From Mytilus californianus (taxonomy: Eukaryota): a stretch of 64,000 nucleotides of DNA. The position numbers were made by a program, and so were the translations under genes. This document shows, one piece after another, positions 28,501-39,400 of this stretch. Numbering within the stretch: position 1 is the first letter of the stretch; the number at the start of each line of letters is the position of its first letter. The stretch spans positions 4,216,001 through 4,280,000 of the forward strand of contig NW_026262659.1 in the NCBI RefSeq assembly GCF_021869535.1. The letters run 5' to 3'. A model generated the notes under the pieces. It made no database searches, was not told the DNA's origin, and saw only the letters and a list, made by a program, of their open reading frames with translations.

Positions 28501-31232
28501 TTTATCACGGAAAACAATAAATCGTCTCTACTTAAATGGCTACAATGGTGGGATAAAAGGCGAAACCATGTTATGGATGCGTATAGGGATGTTTCAGCTC
28601 CTAATACCAACTTAGCCGAGGTGTCACATGCATCTACAACCCATTGTGGTGGTTCCAATCTTAATTTGATACAAACAGCAGTTTTTGATATATCAGATTG
28701 CTTTAAGTACGCACAGGCTGTGAAAGGTTACTTTTCTGGTGTAGTAAAAGCTGGATCTGGTCCATCATATCAGCGAAAACAAATGATTTTGGAGCAAAAG
28801 GCCAATAATCGAGCAGAAAGTCTGTTACATGAGCTAGATGATCAGTTCGAAGGTGGAAAGGCTCCACAATTACCAAAACAATCATCATTCATGGCTGAAC
28901 CAAGTGCATCACACAGAGCTGACAAAAGCTCGGATAAAGACAAAAGACCCATTGGAAAGACAAGGACTAATAATTCGAAAGAGTTTAACCTCAGAATTGA
29001 AAAAGCTAGGGCAATGGGAGATTATAAGTGCATTGAAGTTAATATTCATTCACCAATGCAAGCTACTGTGAGCCTTGTTTCACCCCAGGGAGAAACGTAT
29101 GCAGTTTATTTTGACCAGAAATCTACTTGCTCGTGTCCGTTTTCTAAACTTCAAAGTACTGAAAAATTGAGAAAGGTGGCATGTAAACACAGAATGTTCA
29201 TACTTATTTGCTTGAACTATTCACAAACCTGCAACATTATAAAACAGTATAGCTACACTCTAACTGAAGTGGGGGATATAGTAAACAGACTTGATGCATT
29301 TGCCTTAGAACCAAACTCGTTAAAACTGAACATTCCTTCAACATCTAATTATTCAGAATTGAAAAACAGATATTGGCATTTAACTTCAAGTGACCCTTTT
29401 GAACTGACCTATCTTCATGGCATTATCTCTAAATGCTATGGTTGTGATAAAAAATACACAGATATAAACAGAAAACCCCCATTTGATGTAATAATAAAAC
29501 ATTTGGAAGTACGTCCTCGTTTCAATAAAGACAAAAAGGAGTGGTACATTTCAGCTAATAAAGAAAAGTCAAACGCTTATTATCATTTACAGACTGACTG
29601 TATGCAAAAAGTGCATCCAAATTTTAAGGCTGGTGATATAATTATCACAAATGAACTAAGACAAACATTGTCAGAAGAGCACAGGCATTATCTCACAAAT
29701 TTAGGAATTGAACTTTAATGTGTGTTTTGCTTTTGCATACTTGTATGTCATTTCATCGGACGCACTCTTGTATATTACATGTACATTACTGATAAATGTT
29801 TGCAATTTGCGCACGTGAATGGTTAAGAAACATTTTCTGCATTCTTTTCATTTTGATATTCCAATATGTATTTGAAGAACAAAAATTGTAGGTTCCGAAT
29901 ATTTTATTGCTAGTCAAATACCGATACTATCAAGACTAACAAAGAGATGCATGACTGTAGTAGTACTGTATTATTAATATGTACATATGTTTGTTTATAC
30001 TTTGTACTGACTTTGTCTTCATTATTCCAAGGTAAAAGTTTCAATCATTATACTGAATAAAGTGAATTTATCATTATTAACAAAACTGTTATAAAAAGTT
30101 AGTATATTAAGCTATGGGTTTATTCATTGTCAGATTAAAAATTAATGAGTCTATGTTTGTTGAGAAAAATCAAGATAGAGAAAAAAGTGCAGCCCGCAAC
30201 CCGCAACCCGCAAAATAGTGATACTGAAAGTATTCATATGAATTTAAAGACACTAAAAGGTAAAATACGAAATAATTAAGTATCAAACTAAACGAGAGAG
30301 ACAATTATAGTTCTTATTTAGCAAATTTAATTTAAAAAATTATGATTTCCTGCCTTTTTTTAAACACAAACCAATCCGTAGATGAATCCGGATTCATTCT
30401 GAATTTATTATCCACTTGTCACTTCCCGTTTTCGTTTCATTTGGAAATCGAAAGTAAACGTGATCTATTCATGATAAATTTACAATTTAAAGTCATTAGA
30501 ATTGTTCCAATAAGGATTTGTACAAATCCTTGGTTCCAACTTTATAGAATTAATTCTAAATATCGCTTTAAAACGTTTTTAAGTATAAATAATGCAGTGA
30601 AATAGTCCTTACAAGTTCATTTATGCTGTGATTCCTGGTTTAAAAAAAAATTGATCCCAACTTTTGCTGATTAGGAATGTACCCTGAAACTAACTGAAGT
30701 GAAACTGTGAACTAGATTTCTAGATCTTATATCCTAATCTTCGTATTAAAGTGCCACATCAGTTAAATCATGCAGTAACTGCCTAGTATGCCTAAGTCCT
30801 TCAAAGACAAAGTCTGACAAAGATGTATAGATAGTAATATACATCCTAGGTCCCTTGCTGCTACCCAAAATAAGGTTGATTTTCATCCCGCGCAAAAGTG
30901 ACTAAAGCCCTCAAAATCCTAGCTTAAACCCTGAACATACTGAAAGTTATACAGAAAGTTAGAGTGTTCTTTTCTTACATAAAGTTAAACATACAAAAAC
31001 AAATTAAAGTAACAGAAGAATGATTTACTTTCATTTCTATCCCAGGTACATTTTCTGACGACGTTGAAGATGAAGAGCACAGGGATTTGGATGGGGAGTC
31101 GGATTCTTTTGAACTATTGCTTGAGGTTTCTTGAGGAAACGATGTGGATCTATCTGAAATTGAATCGTTGCTTGCACCATTGGATTTAACTGTTTGTGAC
31201 CCATTTGTTTCTTTTGGTTTGTTTCCTTCCAT
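4429..31232 (-). CDS. MTMR2: Myotubularin-family PI3P/PI(3,5)P2 phosphatase (MTMR2/MTM1-like), first 10 coding exons; the 3' part lies outside the window
   Basis: Hand-spliced exons with GT-AG borders and consistent phases: 31232-31029 (MEGNK...EMK), 17109-17034 ([25 protein letters not shown]), 13161-13067 ([31 protein letters not shown]), 12435-12325 ([37 protein letters not shown]), 11587-11486 ([34 protein letters not shown]), 9644-9561 ([28 protein letters not shown]), 7944-7870 ([25 protein letters not shown]), 7327-7253 ([25 protein letters not shown]), 5551-5363 ([19 protein letters not shown]...[13 protein letters not shown]), 4520-4429 ([30 protein letters not shown]). These match the PH-GRAM and phosphatase N-terminal motifs of vertebrate MTMR2/MTM1 as recalled. 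Orthology among MTM1/MTMR1/MTMR2 is not resolved. Confidence 0.93.
4765..5362 (-). repeat. 73-75 bp tandem array made of the end of myotubularin exon 9 plus its splice donor (8 intronic copies)
   Basis: Unit starts (plus strand) at 4765, 4838, 4911, 4986, 5061, 5136, 5211, 5286 and 5361. The unit on the minus strand is ttaattatctcag-TCTCACAAG...GCTAATATG-gta. Confidence 0.95.
7990..8706. repeat. 39-bp minisatellite, about 18 copies, intronic
   Basis: Unit CAGGGAAACAACATAACATCA(A/C)AGTTCACTATAGGTCTA. It explains the 13-aa periodicity of ORF 7917-8708. Confidence 0.95.
9955..10121 (-). repeat. 66-68 bp tandem repeat containing the end of myotubularin exon 5 plus its donor
   Basis: TATTTACCTGTTTG(A/T)TTG(T/G)TATAG(G/C)AAAG recurs with the donor at 9986 and 10054, matching the real junction at 11484-11506. 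Confidence 0.85.
10122..11477. mobile_element. Non-autonomous hAT-like element (1356 bp)
   Basis: TIRs TAGGGATGTCAAC (10122-10134) and GTTGAAATCCCTA (11465-11477); 8-bp TSD ATATTTAC at 10114-10121 and 11478-11485; AT-rich non-coding interior. Confidence 0.85.
11819..12210. mobile_element. MULE-type MITE (392 bp)
   Basis: Long TIRs GGGT(T/C)ACACTAATGACAGGACGATTG...GATGAGATATAAATGGTCATAACTTT at both ends; 9-bp TSD AATGTTTTG at 11810-11818 and 12211-12219. Confidence 0.85.
13410..14256 (+). mobile_element. Helentron/DINE-like non-autonomous element with internal tandem repeats
   Basis: Repeated AAGGGGCATAACTCTAGA...CCACCAAAATT...AAGTTTCATAA units, then a GTAC/GGAC microsatellite, then the terminal hairpin ATGCCCC...GGGGCAT plus A run. 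Confidence 0.6.
15690..16645 (+). mobile_element. Helentron/DINE-like element with about 125-bp tandem units
   Basis: Repeated CCCCAAAATCAATCCCAGC...GGAACC...GATCCATACACT units, a (GAC)n microsatellite at about 16537-16590, and the terminal hairpin TACGACC...GGTCGTA plus A run. Confidence 0.6.
16780..17040 (-). repeat. 84-85 bp tandem repeat, about 3 copies, spanning the donor of myotubularin exon 2
   Basis: CAGTTTACCTATTCC recurs with the donor dinucleotide (plus-strand AC) at 16863, 16947 and 17032. Confidence 0.85.
17221..17430. mobile_element. G/C-terminated MITE with ATCCCG subrepeats
   Basis: It starts GGGGGGGTAGGAGGGGTCC and ends GGTCCTAACCACCCCCCC, with many internal (A)ATCCCG motifs. 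Confidence 0.55.
17459..17923 (+). mobile_element. Miniature LTR retroelement (TRIM) with tRNA-like sequence in its LTRs (Helenus-like)
   Basis: LTR1 17459-17636 (TGTGACAGG...GTTACA) and LTR2 about 17740-17923. PBS-like TTTGGTGCCC follows LTR1 and a purine tract GAGTTGGGGGAAGG precedes LTR2. A 4-bp TSD CCTG lies at 17455-17458 and 17924-17927. Each LTR has A-box TAGCTCAGT, loop CTTGTA(A) and B-box GTTCGAGTCC/GTTTGAGTAC. Confidence 0.88.
21349..29718 (+). pseudogene. MULE-type DDE transposase with GCM/WRKY-like Zn domain and SWIM finger; spliced, one in-frame stop
   Basis: Exon 21349-21362 (ATG GGA CCT GAA AG|gtaagt) joins in phase to ttttcag|T GAA GAA GAT at 26526. ORFs 26545-27327 and 27370-29718 are in the same frame, separated only by TAA at 27325-27327. 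Motifs: CKGSFRC-N-GCP...CEECG...C...HFGDHTC; catalytic YVDF, WMMDEGG, TCQLH (CxxH), WWDKRR, NLAEVSH; SWIM CSCP...CKH. Confidence 0.85.
22045..22865 (-). mobile_element. Helentron/DINE-like element nested in the MULE transposase intron
   Basis: T run plus hairpin CCGTCAAAATTTTGACGG, a GTCC/GTCT microsatellite, and three to four roughly 165-bp tandem units (GATCTGTATACTTTTTGGTGA...). Confidence 0.6.
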
Positions 31233-31279
31233 TTTGGAGATTATTCGTATTTTCGAAGTATTGGTATTTGTTTCACTTT

Positions 31280-31340
31280 ATTTTCATTTTACCGGAAACA
31301 GGAAGTTAAGTCAATAGAGGGCGCTGACAATACATTATAA
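31280..31340. promoter_or_regulatory. Putative housekeeping-type promoter of the myotubularin gene (ETS-like sites)
   Basis: ACCGGAAACAGGAAGT (two GGAA cores) and GGGCGC lie 60-100 bp upstream of the ATG at 31232. Confidence 0.4.
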
Positions 31341-33446
31341 ACCTCCTTTCAGAAAAAACTAGGGAAAGTGTCTAAACCATTAATTATGAGGCCGTCTCAA
31401 AGGTTTACCTTTTTACCTTAATTTAATTTTAGTTTAACATATTACAGTATATAACTATATGTTAACTAGGTAATTCAGTTTCTTAATTATGTTTTATAAG
31501 GGTTCTTTTTTTCTAGATGTCTCAGATATCGATAGGATCACATGTTGTAAGATAAAAAAAGAAAAGAAAACTCGGAAAACTCATTGTCACAATTAAATAT
31601 TGTGTTTTAGTAATAAATTTCCAAATCTGTAATATATAGTACAGTCTGAGACTTCTATAACTAGTCTTAGGTACAGTAGAAATTTAATTCTATCTTCAGC
31701 GAAATCCTTTAAATTAGCATTTCACACCTAATAGGTTGTGCGTTCGTGCTTGTGGGTTTTTTTTCAGTCTGGTATATCAAAATTATACTACCAACAAGTT
31801 AAGGACTTATCCTCAAATCTTCTTTTTGGCTTGTGTTTATAATTGATATATAAAACACTGTACATGTTCAATCATAAGTCTGCTATTTTATATTTCTAAT
31901 TAATTCTGTCCTTAAATATATAATCTATACTTTTACTGAAATCCTGTTAAAATTTATTGTGATCATTGCACAAATTTATATGTCATTTACGATGAAACTA
32001 TATGGAACCTAATCAGAAGTACAATCCGACATCAACATTGGAAGATTTCAGGTTATATTAATAAGTATTTCAAACTTGATTTCAGTAACTGCAAGCATCT
32101 TTTGAAACGGTGTGTTGTTTTATTTACTATACAGGTGATTAATAATATAAGTGTTTTTCCAGTACTCATTTCATTTTACATTGGCCTTTCTATTATTCCA
32201 CCAATCGAACTTAATAAATAGGGGATGCTTGAAATCAGAAAAAAGTAATGTAAAACAGTTCTACCCTCTAAATGTTCATGTACCAGTTCGAAATTAGAAA
32301 ATTCGTCGGTGGCTGCCTTTTGGTTATCTCAATTTTGTATTTTCTGTGTATCGTTTCTTTTTCTTTTTTTCTTTGTCATTTATACTTTTACATTTCTACC
32401 TGATATGTCAATGCTTGTCCTTTTCTGTCTTTTTCACATTTTTTTTTTTTTTTTTTTTTAATTTGGAAAAAATGGCAGGTCTTTGATAGTCTAGTTTTGG
32501 GCATATCTTATAGAAATCCGTGGCTTTTATTGAACCCGTATGCTGACCTCTAGATGTTATTTGTGTCGTTTAGTTGCTGTCTCATTTACATATACCACAT
32601 CTTTTTGTATTCGTATGATGGTTAAAATACTATAAAGAATTTTCTATTTATATTTTACAACTTTGTATTTGAAAAAGGGAGAACGTGATCATATTCTGTA
32701 AGATAAAACAAGAATCATTTTAAGTTGTTATAAACTTCCTTACTACATGTATAAATAAATAGTTATCATGTCTATGCAAATAGATGACCAGAAGTGTAAA
32801 AAAAGTTTAATTTCCGTTAAATGGATTTAGTTTCAGGATATAAGAAAACAACCATAGATAATTACTTTAAGTTTGAGGATCGAATGACAATAATGTAAAT
32901 TATGGAGCGGTGGAAGTTGCAGTAATTATCAGTTTATATTTAGTTTTCACATCAAACGCTGCTGAAAATTTTATTTCCAAATCTGACTAAAAAAATTACT
33001 TATGACTCAAACAGTTTACATAGTGAAATCCGAATCGTCGATAAAACTTACTTAACGCCTACACTAAATAAAAGATAAATACCAAATACATTGACCCTTC
33101 TTACTAATCTTTAAAAATCATGAACTGGTTCCCCAACTTGAATACAGTAAAATTAAAACAATGGTAATGTTGAATGAATGGAATTTACATTTTATCAGTT
33201 GTCTCAAATATTATGCGCTCTTATTTTTTAGCAGAACTTTCCAACATCGATACGATTTTCCACCAATGGAGTTCACACCTGTTTATCCTGATGTCTGAAT
33301 GTACATGTACTTATCGAACAGTAAATTCCACACCCTTGCATACACGTTATGGTTTTAATCAGGGATTATATCCCAGTGTTCAGCCTTATTAACCAAATAA
33401 TCCGAAGTAAGATCACTTCAGTTTTAAATGAAAATGCTTATATAGA

Positions 33447-36400
33447 ATGACACTTTCCGTGAGAAGAAAAATATGGAAGTTGATGTACAGTTTTACAATT
33501 CTTGCAGTTTCCTGGATAGCTTGTTCAGGTATTGTATAATGTTCTGGATATCATGTCTTGTTCATTCAAGGTATAATGTTTTAAATGTTGATGTGGTTCA
33601 TAAGTGTTTCTCGTTTCTCGTTTCTCGTTTTTAATATAGATTATACCGTTGGCTTTCCTGTTTGAATGGTTTTACACTAGTCATTTTTTAGGGCCCTTTA
33701 TAGCTTGCTGTTCGGTGTGAGCCAAGGCTCAGTGTTGAAGGCCGTACTTTGACCAATAATACTTTTCTTACAAATTGTGACTTGGATGGAGAGTTGTCTC
33801 ATTGGCACTCACACCACATCTTCTTATATCTAAATATCATGTTTTGTTCAGGTCGTTAATAAACAAGATAACTTCATTTTAACACAGAGAGGTAGATTTG
33901 ATATTTATTTGTGAAACGGGTTTTCTCATTGTGAAGGCTGACGGTTGCCTTTAATTGCTTACATCCACTTCATTTGAACTTTGGTGGATAGTTGTCTCAT
34001 TTGGCAATCATACCACATCTTCTTATTTTTATACATGTCTGTGAATGTCAGTTCAGGAACTGATTTTATCGTCAGACTTTAAATTTTAACTTTGTTTTTT
34101 GTCTTTGTTGTATTCTTTTTCTCAATCTTATACAATAAAATTCTAGGAAAATCAAAAAACTAGGTTACATTTGAATTAATCTATTCTATTCAGCCAATAT
34201 TGCGAACACAACGAAAACACTGACGCCTCAGAAAAAAAATTCGGCCTGACATTAAAATGCAGTGTATATATGAGTGATGCTGTACAATTATTTAGGTTCA
34301 CAATGTAAATTTTCTAGCATCCACCTGCGAGTTTCCTGACGAGCTACAAGGGATATGGTATAGTTCACACAAGGGCAATCTAAATTTTACTGGTACAGAA
34401 ATGTTGGGTTACCCCATAGCTATGTCAGCTACCGTTAACGAACTCAACTTTAACTGTACGGAGAAAAATGGAGACTATTATCTTTTAATGTAAGTAACCT
34501 TTCTATACTCATCGATATTTGGACTATTTTCCACCAAAGTAGCAACTTGCATGTGTTAGTCTAGGAACTATGATATAATCCCTATTTGGTTAACTTTAGA
34601 TGTTCCAATTTCTACACTTTTAAGATTAAAATGCCATCGTTATTCAATAAAATATCAAATATTCTAGGCAATTCATTTCTAAGCTAGTAATCTATAACTC
34701 TTGGTGTGTCACTATTTTCTTGTTACAGATGTTCTATGTAACCTTTTTTTGTTAAATTTCAGTCTTAATGTTACGTTTTTCACCTTTTTGCACGATTTGT
34801 CACGCCACCATTTTCATCCATACGATGACTTTTTATGCCACTCTTTTTTATCTATACGGTGGCTTTTTATGCCACTAGTTCTATTTGTATACTGTGGTAT
34901 TTCATATTACTATTTTCAACTGTTCGATGGCTTTTCGTGCCAATTTTTTCATTTGAATGATGAATTTTCATGTCACTATTTTCATCTGTACGATGGCTTT
35001 TCATGTCACTATTTTTGTTACAGGGCCGATAGATATGTGTTTACCCTGAACACCAATGTGCGAGCATACATATGTTTAAGGCTTCACCGTGTGTCGGCAT
35101 ATAAATATTATTATTATCTTGGATCAAGTAAGTTTATTAACACAAAATCCTGTCTTTAGCAATGTCTCACCTGAACTGCCTTGTCATACAAAAATTTCGA
35201 GCACGATTATTGTACTCAGACTCAAAAATAAACCAATCAAAATACTGGATTTGGTGTGTCGTGCACAAATTTTGAACTCCGAGTACCGGCTCAAGTTTTA
35301 TGACCGAGACGATTACTGTGTCGACGCACCAATTTTCAATTTACAATTAATGCTTTGATATATTCTTATTTGATACACGAGTTTATACCATTGGAACACA
35401 ATAGCTACTGTCGCCTCTTATCTAATAGCCTGGCATCCTGACCCAATCTAATACTTCGTCGATAGGTCGAGCAGTGAGCCAGGATCCCAGGCTACTTATC
35501 TAATGTCACTTCGGTATACTTCCTTTTCAAATAAAAAAAAGTTATCATAAAGTTATCAAATAACATCCGGCTAAAATGTCCAAAGCATGTTTGGTTTACT
35601 TTCAAATTGTTAGATATTTATAATATACAGGATGGGTATATGCTTTTTTAGGAATGAACAGAAAAAACACATTTTCAACTTTACATGCTTAAGCTAAATT
35701 CTTTATTTGGTAGCAGTAATTTCAGCTAGACCTTTTTGAACTTGTCTACTTGCTTTGTTGGTTTAATTTACCTCTCGTACTTATGCTTAAAATATTTGAA
35801 ACTGGGCGTTAAACAAACAACAATCGATCAACGAATGAATTATTTTGAATCATTTAATAAAGTATGATTTTCTTATTGAAAATATAAAACAACAAAAAAA
35901 AACTGAAACTGTTACATTAGTTTAAATTATTGTCTCAAAACATGTACAAACAAAGGTGTTTGTTTTTCCCAATTGTCTGTTTTCTTTTTTTCAGCACTGA
36001 CAACTATATATGACTATGTGTACGGAGTATTAGAAGGGACAGCTGTGTCGTTGTCAGATGCCTGTGATCGCACAGAGCCGTACGAAGAGAGCACATTTAT
36101 TACTCTTATTAAGAATGGTTAATATACATAATGATACTATTCAATGACTAAAATCTCTTGGACTTGATACTCATAGAAAAGCATGGAATCGAAACGGTGT
36201 TTTTTTTTTCTTCTTTTAAAAACACAATAAGTTAGACAATTTCTGATAATGCAGCATCATTCTATTTTTAACTTCATATGTCCATCAAGTGTATATGTAT
36301 GATACGTCTACTATTATTCTTATTTCAATAGCTTTCTTTTATAGTACAGAACAATAACTCCCTTACTGAAAAACTTCATGATAATGTCGGGTTTAACATA

Positions 36401-39400
36401 CGAGACAAAAAGTCACTTCTCAATAGCCACGTCCGCCGCCTCGTGTGAATGCAAGTTAAAGAACTCCGATATAGTTCTTAGGTGGCCTGCTGTAAAGAAA
36501 AATGTCTGCCCTATCCAAAATACTCTTATTTTCCAGTGGCCGTTCAAAACATTCCCTGCCCTGAAATCCTGGTCTTTCACTTTGCAGAAGCTAACTACTG
36601 TATGTATTGTTAATTTGTTCCCGGTTTGAATATACAAGACATATTTGTCACTGGATGTCAAGCAAGCTGTAATTAATTCATATTTTATGTGTCGTTACTC
36701 TTTAATGTTAAGTCATTCAATATGACTGCCATAGATTCTTTTAACGGTGATCATGCTGTAGCGTGCTTACATCAAGTCAAGTGGGGGAGTCGTGGGTTCG
36801 ATCCCCGGCTTGGCCAAACCGAAGACATGAAAATTGATATTTGCTGCATTTCCGATAACTACGAACAAGAGCAAAGACTTGTTGGCGAAGAGTAAGAATA
36901 CTATGTTCTGGTTGGATTACAGTTCTTCCTGCTACCTTGTGAAATAGTATGTTAAAAACAGGTTCAGCACTTCGGTCTATTACAGGGTTTATATTCATAT
37001 CATGTTCTCATGCATATACTTTTCTTCACTGGCGAAAGAAAATGTCCCATGTCAGCTCCTTTTAATTTGTGTTTTTCGATTCAGATACAGGTATCATCCC
37101 TGCAATGACGGAATCATCTTGTCCATCTCAGCTTCTGGCCAGTTACTCCAATGTTCTGATAACAGATAGCAGTGGATCAACAACTTGTAACAGCAATACC
37201 GTTGACGGCTGTAGCAACAACAAAACAGCAATGTCATACACATATCAGGCTTGCTCCTCTGGCCTAGTGTTCAATTGTAAGTGTAATATACGACAGTTTA
37301 CCAATGTACGCATGGATTTATCTAAGTATAAGCATACATGTATGGAATATAACAAATGCTAAAATAACTTGGATGATTTTAATTAGGATAATCTTTTTTG
37401 TCATATCCTTTATTTTTATATAACCGACCTGTTAGTCAACCTCGCTCTAGATATGTTCAACTTCTTCTTTATCTGACTGTACAATTTTACAATTCTGTGT
37501 TCTATATATATATTCAAGATTCTTATAATAGGTATGGCTATATATGATTATGATTTAGAAAAAAGACTTTGGTATGGTATACGGGTATCGTGATTAACAT
37601 TGTACATATCAACAATATACTGGTAATGGTTCTATTGTTGACCACTGATCAATTTATGCAATAATTGAAACTGGAATACATATATACAGTTTAAGATAAA
37701 AATAAATAAACGCGTGATACCTACTTGATAAAACTTCAACACTGATATCCAATGCCAAAAGTTCGTCAAACCAAAAACATATAAAGATCGGAAGCATCAA
37801 TATTCTTACAATAGGACTCGAAATAGTCCGAGTTTATATTGCCGATTTTAGCTGCAGGGACCAGTGTCTTAATTGCATATCATAACTATTGTGGTTTTAG
37901 TCAAAGAAGCCACATAGTATTCGCCAGGGGATATATGCCATATATATATATATATCTTAATTTTGTCACAGCATTAGAATTTCATTGACCACAGGATTGA
38001 AATAACAATGGTTGATAGTATCTAAAGTATGTGAACATCCTGATTTCAGCCAAAAAGACATTATTTACTAGAGACTGGTTATCATATCTTGTTTGATGTT
38101 AACTGTAGAATCAGCATTTTGTAAGCAATGATATGTAATAACCTTCCGGATTTCAGCCGTAGTATCAGCATTTCGATAGCAATGATATGTAATAACCTTT
38201 CGGATTTCAGCCGTAGTATCAGCATTTCGTGAGCAATGATATGTAATAATCTTCCGGATTTTAGCCGTAGTATCAACATTTCGTGAGCAATAATATGTAA
38301 TAACCTTCCAGATTTTAGCCATAGTATCAGCATTTCGATAGCAATGATATGTAATTACCTTCCGGATTTCAGCCGTAGTATCAGCATTTCGTGAGCAATG
38401 ATATGTAATAACCTACCAGATTGTGGCCTTAGTATCAGCATTTCGATAGCAATGATATGTAATTACCTTCCGGATTTCAGCCGTAGTATCAGCATTTCGT
38501 AAACTATGATATGTGATAATCTTTCGGATTTCAGCCGTAGTATCAACATTTCGTAAGCTATGATATTTGATAACCTTCCGGATTTCAGCCGTAGTATCAG
38601 CATTTCGTAAGCAATGATATGTAATTACCTTCCGGATTTCAGCCGTAGTATCAGCATTTCGTGAGCAATGATATGTAATAAACTTCCGGATTTCAGCCGT
38701 AGTATCAGCATTTCGTGAGCAATGATATGTAATAACCTTTCGGATGAAATCCGTAGTATCAGCATTTCGTGAGCAATGATATGTAATAACCTTCCGGATT
38801 TCAGCCGTAGTATCAGCATTTCGTGAGCAATGATATGTAATAACTTTCCGGATTTCAGGCAGCCGTAGTATCAGCATTTCGTGAGCAATGATATGTAATA
38901 ACCTTTCGGATGAAATCCGTAGTATCAGCATTTCGTGAGCAATGATATGTAATAACCTTCCGGATTTCAGCCGTAGTATCAGCATTTCTTGAGCAATGAT
39001 ATGTAATAACCTTTCGGATGAAATCCGTAGTATCAGCATTTCATACGCAATGATCTTTAATAACCTTCCGGATTTCAGCCGTAGTATCAGCATTTCGTAA
39101 GCACTAGCTGATATGTAATAAACTTCCGGATTTCAGCCGTAGTATCAGCATTTCTTAAGCAATGATATGTAATAACTTTCCGGATTTCAGGCAGCCGTAG
39201 TATCAGCATTTCGTAAGCACTGATATGTAATAAACTTCCGGATTTTAGCCGTTGTATCAGCATTTCATAAGCAATGATATGTAATAACCTTTCAGATTTC
39301 AGCCGTAGTATCAGCATTTCGTAAGCAATGATATGTAATAACCTTTCGGATGAAATCCGTAGTATCAGCATTTCATACGCAATGATCTTTAATAACCTTC

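Larger units (their letters stand above)
18847..30226 (+). mobile_element. 11.4-kb Mutator-like (MULE) DNA transposon in myotubularin intron 1
   Basis: A 9-bp direct repeat AAAGTATTC lies at 18838-18846 and 30227-30235. The imperfect TIRs read GAGTGTGTATATTTTGCTGGTTGCGGGTTG on the left and CAGTATCACTATTTTGCGGGTTGCGGGTTG on the right (reverse complement), both followed by GGGTTGC heptamers. A transposase gene lies inside. Confidence 0.88.

Noticed and set aside
28467-29071. Short ORFs overlapping the transposase
   Set aside because: They are alternative-frame or antisense shadows of the long ORF.
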